A DNA stretch of 64,000 bases, from IMG/VR virus record IMGVR_UViG_3300042988_001121, positions 114,210 to 178,209 of that record, one strand, 5' to 3'. The position numbers and the translations under genes were made by a program. The notes beneath the pieces are model-generated. The model was not told the origin of the DNA, did no database searches, and worked only from the letters and a program-made list of their open reading frames with translations. This DNA comes from a virus. Positions 33,395 through 41,142 of the stretch are shown one piece after another. Position 1 is the stretch's first letter, and each line of letters opens with the position of its first letter.

Positions 33395-34422
33395 AATTTA
33401 GAGAGTTCCATTGCCTCTGTATAGATTTCTGACATTTTCTTTTTTAACACATCTTTATCATTAACCGCAATATCATCAATAACATGCATTAGCATATGAT
33501 GTGTTCCCTTGAATTCAATTTTTGTATTCAGAGCAGTCTCAACAGATTTCTGCATTTCGGTATCAATAATCTGTAATGATAATGGCTGTGTTTGCTGAAC
33601 ACGCTCAATGAACTTGTCGAATTTCTTCTGATCGGTTTTGTTGACCACTGTCACTTTAATATGATGTGGATATTCTAGCTCAATATCTGGTACTTCGTTT
33701 TCATCATATGAAAATTTGTGATGTAAGGTAAACGGGTTTCGATTGAACTGGTAGCTACCATCATCTTTCAGTATAGTGAATCCTTTTGGGTCATTGTAAT
33801 CAGACCAATCCATTTCATACGGTGTACCAACATAGATAACATTATCTTTCTGGCTCCGCGTGTGATAGTGACCACTGAAGACTGTTTTGTATTTGGATAG
33901 TTTGCTGTGGTCTAATCCATGTTCAGCGATTGTTCCGGGATGTAGAGGAAAATTTGCGAACTCGAAATGACCGATAGCAACATTAGATTCAGACTCATTT
34001 GCGAACTTGAGTGATGCTGGCTCGTTTTCCTCATTGATCCAAGGGTATAAATCGACGTATAAGCCGTTTTTATTGATTGTATGTGGGTAGGTATCAACCA
34101 CTGTCATAAAACGCCTCTGAAGCAGTTTTGGTGCGTTTACGCGGTTAGTTGAACGATAGAAGCTGTCATGGTTTCCGCAGACAACATACAATTCGATATT
34201 TCTGGCGTCTAACTGATCAAAAAACATTTCATTTGCTTTCTGAAGCGACAGAAAGTTGACTGACTTTCTCTTATCAAAAAGATCGCCTGTCTGAATAATT
34301 GTTTTTACGTTATGAAGATCAATGAAGTCGAACAAGTAGTCATAGAATTTCTTCTGGTACTCGTACATGAAAGGAATATTTTCGCGAATTCCGAAATGTG
34401 TATCACCAAGAATAATAATCAT
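33391..34422 (-). CDS. gp47: Recombination endonuclease subunit gp47 (Mre11-like)
   Basis: GDTHFG, GDLFD, GNHD, GHFE, SGHYH, YVGTPYE..WSD. Confidence 0.97.
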   Translation of the reverse strand: MIIILGDTHFGIRENIPFMYEYQKKFYDYLFDFIDLHNVKTIIQTGDLFDKRKSVNFLSLQKANEMFFDQLDARNIELYVVCGNHDSFYRSTNRVNAPKLLQRRFMTVVDTYPHTINKNGLYVDLYPWINEENEPASLKFANESESNVAIGHFEFANFPLHPGTIAEHGLDHSKLSKYKTVFSGHYHTRSQKDNVIYVGTPYEMDWSDYNDPKGFTILKDDGSYQFNRNPFTLHHKFSYDENEVPDIELEYPHHIKVTVVNKTDQKKFDKFIERVQQTQPLSLQIIDTEMQKSVETALNTKIEFKGTHHMLMHVIDDIAVNDKDVLKKKMSEIYTEAMELSKL

Positions 34423-35027
34423 GCTAATAGACTACAAATATCGTTACCGTTGTTCTGTTCTTTTTGTTTCTTGGCAGTATACGGTGTTTTATTCTTGTGG
34501 CGCAGACTTGGATGCAATAAGCCTGTCTGATCTTTTTCTGTGTCTTCGCGAAGGCGATCAACAAAAATATCATTGTCTTCCAGAAACTCTACGAATGCGT
34601 TTCCTACTTCAACGTCGTTGTATATAGATTGCTGAACAAATTCGCTACTGAGTTTCTGTTGAATCAATGCTGCCTTGACGGAATGTTCACGTTGCTCGAT
34701 CTTGATACGAGTGATATATTCGTTCCAACAAATCTGAGAGAAATATGCAAATGGGTTCTCGCCACGATTAGGATCAAATCTATCGATCTTGATCATGCAC
34801 TTGAGAATGGCATCAGAAATCATTTCATCGCGAAAAGAGTAGCCAATGAAATTATAGAGGTTGCTCATGTTAGTGGCAATTCTGATGATTGCGTTCGCAA
34901 TGTCGTCCGGGATTACCGGACGTTCTTCATTATTTTCTATTGACAGTTTCAACTCAGACAGATAGATGCACATTGCTGCATATAAGTCTTTGTTAGAAAC
35001 ATAATGTGTTGGCTTCAATTCACTCAT
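34419..35027 (-). CDS. gp55: Late sigma factor gp55
   Basis: HYVSNKDL, IA..MS...NFIGYSFRDEMISDAI..C......FDP....NPFAYFSQICWN; start MSELK after GGAG. Confidence 0.95.
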   Translation of the reverse strand: MSELKPTHYVSNKDLYAAMCIYLSELKLSIENNEERPVIPDDIANAIIRIATNMSNLYNFIGYSFRDEMISDAILKCMIKIDRFDPNRGENPFAYFSQICWNEYITRIKIEQREHSVKAALIQQKLSSEFVQQSIYNDVEVGNAFVEFLEDNDIFVDRLREDTEKDQTGLLHPSLRHKNKTPYTAKKQKEQNNGNDICSLLA

Positions 35028-35069
35028 AATTTCTCCGCAAAATATCATTATAACACAATTATTTAATGC

Positions 35070-35635
35070 GGTTTCATTTCTCCATAGGGAAAGCAGTAGG
35101 GTGAACTATTGGGGAATAACTTCTAGGGATTCTAAGGCTTAGGGGTATCTTTTAATATTAGATACTACTCTTTACTTAGATTAGTCCGAAGGACTGTTGC
35201 GTAGCAACCCATAGAACATTCTCAGTTCATTCCTACTTCGAGTATTAGATTACTCTAATACGCTCTTGACACTTTCCATACTGAGTGTACTTATGTCTCA
35301 ACTCTAACCCTCTTATCGACCGAGTTTTTATCAGGCTACCTTACGGTCATGCCTGCACAGACTCCATACCAAGAGTTGCAATCTCTCGGAAACTGTGTAT
35401 GGTTATCACCCTTTTCAGGAGGTCGTTTGTAGCAATGATTGAGTGAACCAATGCTCCGGCTGCTTTCCAATTCCCCGGTGGGTCAGTTTATATTCTTACA
35501 TGCTCATGATGCTTCATGAGGTTTTTACGTGAACCTTTAAACTGTAACTTAAACACGATCCCTACTTTGACACGGTGCTAGGATTTGGCATTAAAGTAGA
35601 TAGTAAGTGTCACTAACCATCTACAGTTATTTATC
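35070..35635 (-). ncRNA. Large ORF-free structured region (ncRNA or origin candidate)
   Basis: About 570 bp with no ORF of 60 aa or more; GATAAATA late-like promoter at 35635-35628; many hairpins including UUCG and GUAA tetraloops, plus long-range stems. Confidence 0.5.
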
Positions 35636-35660
35636 ATTCTAACACAAGAAAATCAGAATG

Positions 35661-36323
35661 TCAAAACTTTTTTTGTCTTGCTGCATGCATTGTTGCAGAA
35701 ATTTCTGATACCGCCCATCTGTTGACCTGTGCTTGATGCATTTTCACGAAGTCGCTGTTACTTAGCATGATGGCTGTCTTCCAGTCTTCGATGGGTATCT
35801 GCATGAATCTACTTCTGACATGTGACCATAGATATTGTCTCACGGCTGGTCTAACTTCAGGGAACGTAGCAACATTAGACAGATACTGCCAGTTGAGTTT
35901 CTGTACCTGCTGCCTTGGATTGTTCCTATTTGCCTTTGCGATTTGCCACATCTTATCAAACAGTTTTCCTCGAATGATGTACGGCAGAATGTGAAAGTTA
36001 ATCCCAAAGAACGATTTTGGTGTCACATTGAATATGAAGCTAAGAGGGAACCTGTCATAGAAAGGCAGAGTATCCTTATGCTTTGGGTCATAGAAGAAGA
36101 AATACATACTTCCGGGAAGTACGATATTTTTTTGCAGAGATTTGTGTTGATGAAGAAATTCCTGTCTCTCTGAGCCATCAAACTTCAGCTTGTTTAGTTT
36201 TTCTCGAAACCAATCTACACTTTTTGCTTGATGGAAATTTTTATCCTGCCGAATGATATCAAGAATCGACATTCCCTCTTGATGATCGATTTTCTTTTTC
36301 TGAGGGTTTGATTGTACTTCCAC
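35661..36323 (-). CDS. gp2: DNA end-protector protein gp2
   Basis: YFFFYDPK.K..LP.YDRFPL, GINFH.LP..R..L. Confidence 0.9.
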   Translation of the reverse strand: MEVQSNPQKKKIDHQEGMSILDIIRQDKNFHQAKSVDWFREKLNKLKFDGSERQEFLHQHKSLQKNIVLPGSMYFFFYDPKHKDTLPFYDRFPLSFIFNVTPKSFFGINFHILPYIIRGKLFDKMWQIAKANRNNPRQQVQKLNWQYLSNVATFPEVRPAVRQYLWSHVRSRFMQIPIEDWKTAIMLSNSDFVKMHQAQVNRWAVSEISATMHAARQKKF

Positions 36324-36324
36324 T

Positions 36325-36765
36325 TTAGATTCCTAGATCGTCTTCTGTTAACACAATGAATTCTATTCCCTTTGAGCGACAGAAAGCTGTTGCTGCCTTC
36401 CATTTTGCCTGATTGATCAGAAACGTTTTAAGAGCCTCTGCATAGGTCGCTTTGTTCTTTTTCATCACTGGTGGCAATGTCTCGTGTTTTGGTTTAATCT
36501 CAATTGCATATGTCTTTATTTCATCGTTTCTATTTTTGATCTTTGCAATGAAGTCAACAAAGTACCGATGTGGCTTATTATCAATTGGACTTATATAAGG
36601 GATTACCAATGTTTCTGATGAGTAGAGAACAACATTTTTATTGGCATCAAGCCAGTTCAGAAAACGGGTTTCCCACGAAGATCGTGAAACGATTTCATTG
36701 AGATTTCCTACATATTTTTCTGGCGCTATTTTTGGAACCCATTTTCTTGGTGTTGCTCTAGCCAT
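36325..36765 (-). CDS. gp4: Head completion nuclease gp4
   Basis: KY.G....I..RSSWE..F..W.D.N..V....SE...IPY.SP.D.K.HRYFVDF, EIKP, NQAKWKAA. Confidence 0.95.
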   Translation of the reverse strand: MARATPRKWVPKIAPEKYVGNLNEIVSRSSWETRFLNWLDANKNVVLYSSETLVIPYISPIDNKPHRYFVDFIAKIKNRNDEIKTYAIEIKPKHETLPPVMKKNKATYAEALKTFLINQAKWKAATAFCRSKGIEFIVLTEDDLGI

Positions 36766-36955
36766 AATGTTGTTCTTTGTTTCGCTCTTGAATCTCTTTG
36801 GTAAGATCGCTGATGATCATGCTCACTTCAATGTCCCTTTCCCACGGAAGCATTTTCTCAATTGATTCGATATTGTATTTGAACCTATACGCCAATGTGT
36901 GCATCAGCGTATAGTAGTCCTTCAGATCAAGTGAGGAAAGGGTTATAGAAAAAAA
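36758..36955 (-). CDS. Start-less ORF in the -1 frame of gp26 (gp51-like / chaperone extension), not in the track
   Basis: FFSITLSSLDLKDYYTLMHTLAYRFKYNIESIEKMLPWERDIEVSMII...; the (M)PWERD motif is conserved in the ORF that follows gp26 in T4-like phages. Confidence 0.7.
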   Translation of the reverse strand, partial: FFSITLSSLDLKDYYTLMHTLAYRFKYNIESIEKMLPWERDIEVSMIISDLTKEIQERNKEQHYG

Positions 36956-37650
36956 TTCTCGTATCCAGACAATACAGATTCATGTTGCTTGCCACATTTA
37001 CGACATGTGTAGGATGCATTCAGTTTAACGGCAGGCATCTTGGCAATGAATTCTTCGATACCCTTACGTTGTCTACGTGAGATTGATTGAATGAATTCCA
37101 ATTTCTCGGCTCTGTTTTTATCCAGTATGTCATCTTCCGTTAAAACAGATTCAATGCAGTCAACAACAATTTCATCTGCATCTTTTCCTTCACCAAGAGC
37201 AATGAAGTCATCAAGGCTCGGGTGATGCATCTTCACAAAATATTTTGTGTCGGTAATAGGAATCATCCCCATGTCTTTTGTTGGTGCTGGCTCAATGATT
37301 ACGTCATCGATATTAACATGAAATTCTGTCTTAACAGGTGTTTCTTCGCAGTCACATTTACCGATCAATTCAACAATTTCACCAATTGATTTTGATCTGA
37401 TTTTCAGAAAGATGTATTCTAGATCATAGTAAGGAATCTTGTTTGCATCAAGACCAGTGCAGATATTAACAATCTTTTTGATTGCGTTAATGATGGTGTC
37501 AATGCTGTCGTCCTGTAATGCCAGAAGCAATGCTTTTTCTTCTTTGACCGTAAATGGTCTGTAAGAGATTTTTGCGCCTGTACTTGGTTGTGTCAGGGTA
37601 TATGATGGTAAAAGTTCTTCACTCACTTTAATATTTTCCTTTATTGCCAA
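36943..37650 (-). CDS. gp26: Baseplate hub assembly protein gp26
   Basis: LP.Y.L..PSTG..I.YRPFTVKEEKALL.A, DLEYIFLKIRSKSIGE, CxC and CRKCG, ends ENFFL. Confidence 0.88.
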   Translation of the reverse strand: MAIKENIKVSEELLPSYTLTQPSTGAKISYRPFTVKEEKALLLALQDDSIDTIINAIKKIVNICTGLDANKIPYYDLEYIFLKIRSKSIGEIVELIGKCDCEETPVKTEFHVNIDDVIIEPAPTKDMGMIPITDTKYFVKMHHPSLDDFIALGEGKDADEIVVDCIESVLTEDDILDKNRAEKLEFIQSISRRQRKGIEEFIAKMPAVKLNASYTCRKCGKQHESVLSGYENFFL

Positions 37651-38321
37651 TATTCATCTGGTATGTTTTGGTAGTCACCAGCAAAGTTTCCTAGTTGATC
37701 GTATTGAGGTTCATTAGTGGCACTATAGCCCTCATCAGACTCTGTTGGTAACGTTTCGGAGTCTTTAACAGCGCCGCCATCAAACGTTTCATCAGATTTC
37801 TTGATATCCATGTATGAGTAACAAAATTCTGTTGAGAATGTGCTTATCTGACCCATACCAGACCAATTTAATTCAATTTCGCTCAGAGTCTTCGGAAATG
37901 CATCTTTGAGTACATAGGTCATGATACTCTTGTCTTGCATGTTCTTGATGTTGACCTGTATCTCTGTTGAATAGTCGCTTGGATATCCGAATGTTCTCTT
38001 TTTACTAACAATGAACTTCATCCATTTTTCAAAGAACATTCTGATATTCATCTGTTGATCGGCATAGAAAGACAATCTTACATCTGTCTTATCTGCGTCA
38101 TATACAAAATGTCGTTTCGTGTCAACATCAATATATTGATCATTTGTTGAAAACGAAATTCCCGGCACATTTGCATTAAAGCAAAATAGGTTGATGTATT
38201 TCTGTGTATCAGAAATGTCATTGTCGCCTTGCATACACGGAGGAACAGTAATACCTACCGAGAATAGATAAGGTCTTGATATATTACGTTCCCGTAATTC
38301 GTTTCTGAATTGTTCTAACAT
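37641..38321 (-). CDS. gp54: Tail-tube-fold baseplate protein (gp54-like)
   Basis: SRPYLF.V.I, C..ANVPG, FY.D.....R.FFEKW, Y...AFPK.L..I.L.W. Confidence 0.7.
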   Translation of the reverse strand: MLEQFRNELRERNISRPYLFSVGITVPPCMQGDNDISDTQKYINLFCFNANVPGISFSTNDQYIDVDTKRHFVYDADKTDVRLSFYADQQMNIRMFFEKWMKFIVSKKRTFGYPSDYSTEIQVNIKNMQDKSIMTYVLKDAFPKTLSEIELNWSGMGQISTFSTEFCYSYMDIKKSDETFDGGAVKDSETLPTESDEGYSATNEPQYDQLGNFAGDYQNIPDEYWQ

Positions 38322-38345
38322 TTTGTGTTGAATTGTCTATTTTTC

Positions 38346-38363
38346 TATTTAATGGATTAAATA
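38346..38363. promoter_or_regulatory. Back-to-back divergent late promoters
   Basis: TATTTAAT (38346-38353) GG ATTAAATA (38356-38363) at the strand switch. Confidence 0.75.
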
Positions 38364-38384
38364 GTACAAACAAATATCTATGCT

Positions 38385-39350
38385 ATGTCACAAAAGTTTT
38401 TATACTACCCTTCCAAATTAGCAGCATTAACATCATCGCCGGATACTGCATATACTATGTTCTATATCAATAGTGATGTTCGCGCATCTAAATTGAAGAA
38501 CGATAAGAGTATGGGTGACGTATATGTTGATGCTTCGACCACAAGAACCAGTGCCCAAGATTCTTTTTCTTCTGACGGTTCAAACGGTTATGGTAATTCT
38601 ATTATCAGAAATAAAGAAGATGATCCTGCTCTGAGTATCAAGGATACAGAAAATCGCAATCTTAGATTCAAGAAGCAAGATAACATGACTCGATTGGATA
38701 GAGCTATTGTTCTTCCGATGCCATCCAATCTGATTTTCAACGATTCTGTTCACTACGGGGAAGAACCAGCAAACCTTCTGTCACTGACAATGGACACTGG
38801 CGCTGATCTTATTCAGGGTGGCAATAGACTCGCAAAGGCTGGTAATATTGCAACAGCAATTGCTGCATCTTATGCCGCATCAAACAGTAAAACAGGAACC
38901 GCCGCCAATTCTTATTTGAAGGCAGAAAGAAAAGTTTTCAACCCGCGAAAAGAACAAGTATTCAATAACGTCGATTTTCGGACATTCAATTTTCAGTATA
39001 CGTTTTCACCAACTTCTCGTGCCGAGGCAGATTCAGTTCAAGAAATCATCAAGTCGTTCAGATATTATTCCATGCCATTCATGGACAGTTCAAAATTGTT
39101 CTATTTGACTCCGGCTGAATTTGTTATCAATTTCATGTTGGGGTCAGGCACTAACACAGCCATTCCAAGAATCATGACTTCTGTTCTCACGAATGTAACA
39201 ACAAATTTGACTCCGAACAATCAGTGGGCAAATTTCGAGAATGGGTTTCCGCCATTCATCGATTTCGTGTTGACGTTCAAAGAATTGGAAACTCTTAACA
39301 GGGATCGTATTGAGGCTCCTGACGGTATGAAAGATGCAGGTGGATACTAA
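38385..39350 (+). CDS. gp48: Baseplate tail-tube cap gp48
   Basis: I.LPMP.N, VFNPR.EQ.F..V.FRTF.F.Y.F.P.S..EA..V..II..F, LTF.ELE.L.R. Confidence 0.85.
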   Translation: MSQKFLYYPSKLAALTSSPDTAYTMFYINSDVRASKLKNDKSMGDVYVDASTTRTSAQDSFSSDGSNGYGNSIIRNKEDDPALSIKDTENRNLRFKKQDNMTRLDRAIVLPMPSNLIFNDSVHYGEEPANLLSLTMDTGADLIQGGNRLAKAGNIATAIAASYAASNSKTGTAANSYLKAERKVFNPRKEQVFNNVDFRTFNFQYTFSPTSRAEADSVQEIIKSFRYYSMPFMDSSKLFYLTPAEFVINFMLGSGTNTAIPRIMTSVLTNVTTNLTPNNQWANFENGFPPFIDFVLTFKELETLNRDRIEAPDGMKDAGGY

Positions 39351-39880
39351 TGAATTACTTTAATCAGTTTCCTCTCATTCAATATGACTTCGATGGCGTT
39401 AGTCATGTACTAACGGATATCTTTCGTAGATCGCGTTTAAACCCCATATACGAGGATTTGACCGATATGTATACCACATACTCAGTCAATGACGGAGAAA
39501 CGCCAGAAGACGTTTCTATGCGGTTCTATAAGACTCCTGATCTACATTGGGTGATACTTGTGATCAACAAGATTATCAACCCATATACAGATTGGGTTCA
39601 ACCAGAACATGTGATTGAAGAAATTGCCAAAGAGAAATATGGCGATGACTATCAGAAAACTTGGTACTACGAAGATTCTGATGGCGATGTTGTATCTGTG
39701 ATCAAGGAATATAAGAAGGGCGCTGTCTGGACTTCTCCTACTGATACAGGAAATCACCTTGCAGTTACTTTTTTGGATCATGAGCTTAGACTGAATGAAA
39801 AGCGCCGAGAAATAAAGATTCTTAGGGTTGAGTTGGTCACTGATTTCATTTCTGAATATATACGGACAATCAGAAGATGA
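39350..39880 (+). CDS. gp53: Baseplate wedge protein gp53 (LysM)
   Basis: YF..FP.I.Y, Y.V.DGETPEDVS..FY....LHWVILV.N.I.NP, E..LNEK.R.I..L. Confidence 0.9.
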   Translation: MNYFNQFPLIQYDFDGVSHVLTDIFRRSRLNPIYEDLTDMYTTYSVNDGETPEDVSMRFYKTPDLHWVILVINKIINPYTDWVQPEHVIEEIAKEKYGDDYQKTWYYEDSDGDVVSVIKEYKKGAVWTSPTDTGNHLAVTFLDHELRLNEKRREIKILRVELVTDFISEYIRTIRR

Positions 39881-41142
39881 GCGAAGTCATTTCAAGTAAT
39901 GCTGTTGCGTTTCCGGGTGAAGTTAATATATCAAAAGCCGACTTGATTACTCATGCCGGGGTAAGAATTGATATAACAGGGATCATTCAGCAATTCAATA
40001 TATTTGAAGACCTCTATTCAAATTATTTGACCTGTACAATTATTATTTCTGATGCTGTTGGTCTGTTTTCAATGTCTCCTTTAATTGGACAGGAACTGAT
40101 TGATATTGAACTACAGACTCCTTCTTTAAAAGAAACTCTCAACAAGACCTTCTATATTCATAAGTTGGATGACCGTCAGTTTGAGGGAGCCAGAGTACAG
40201 ACATATAGTTTACATTGCTGTAGTCGCGAAGCCGTTGTATCGAGTAATCTGAAAATATCAAGATCATTCAAAGATAAGCCTATTTCAGAACATGTCGCTG
40301 ATATCTTTCAAAAAGATTTACAGTCAGAGACTTTGTGTTATGTCGAAGATACTAGCAATAATTTTAAATTTATTGCACCGTATTGGTCGCCATTCGAAAC
40401 AATCAACTGGTTATCTAATAGAGCATTGAATGCGAATGAGAATGCTGGATTTCTGTTCTTTGAAACGAATCAAAGTTACGAATTCACATCACTTGAAATG
40501 TTGATGGGAGCCAATCCAGCACATACGTACATCTATGCAGATCAGAGTGGAAGAACATCTAGTAACAACTTGAATGAAGATATCAAGTATTCGTTTGTTG
40601 AATCTATGTATACGGACGTTGGGTTTGATTACTTCCGTAGATTGCATCAGGGCGCATATGCAAGTAAGGTAACGACATTTGATATGACCCTGAAAACTTT
40701 TGCTTCAACTGATTACGATTATGTACGTGATTTCAATAAAACAATGCATTTGGATGATTATCCATTGACTTCATCGACATTGGTGCGCTCAAGAATAGCA
40801 CATCAATATTTTGTTACAAAGAATAACTATCTATTTGGTGATAAATTTGATCAGGGGCATAGAAATTGGTTGCTATCAAGAAATGCGCTCTACCAACAAA
40901 CATTCATGCACAAGATCAATCTTCGGGTTATCGGAAGATTTGATATTAAGGTAGGTAATGTCATTAAGTTGAAGATCAATGATTTTCGGGCGTTTGGTGA
41001 ACAGGAATCTACTGAGATAGAGGATGATATGTATACCGGTCGTTATCTTGTTACGGCTATCAGACATATCATTGCTGCCAATAAGCATACCATGTACCTT
41101 GAAGTCATCAAGGATTCCTTTACAGTTAATTTGGATGAGTGA
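39877..41142 (+). CDS. Baseplate hub protein (gp27-like)
   Basis: Between gp53 and gp5; IFED.Y, FIAPYWSPF..I.WL, FLFFE, G.YLVTAIRH.I. Confidence 0.7.
   Translation: MSEVISSNAVAFPGEVNISKADLITHAGVRIDITGIIQQFNIFEDLYSNYLTCTIIISDAVGLFSMSPLIGQELIDIELQTPSLKETLNKTFYIHKLDDRQFEGARVQTYSLHCCSREAVVSSNLKISRSFKDKPISEHVADIFQKDLQSETLCYVEDTSNNFKFIAPYWSPFETINWLSNRALNANENAGFLFFETNQSYEFTSLEMLMGANPAHTYIYADQSGRTSSNNLNEDIKYSFVESMYTDVGFDYFRRLHQGAYASKVTTFDMTLKTFASTDYDYVRDFNKTMHLDDYPLTSSTLVRSRIAHQYFVTKNNYLFGDKFDQGHRNWLLSRNALYQQTFMHKINLRVIGRFDIKVGNVIKLKINDFRAFGEQESTEIEDDMYTGRYLVTAIRHIIAANKHTMYLEVIKDSFTVNLDE

Noticed and set aside
35070-35635. Group I or II intron
   Set aside because: Lies between complete genes rather than inside one; no P7 core or domain V recognised by eye.
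445-38340. Numerous plus-strand ORFs of 60-150 aa over the minus-strand genes
   Set aside because: Antisense shadows of well-supported genes, with no motifs or RBS. tnpB is the only credible plus-strand gene here.
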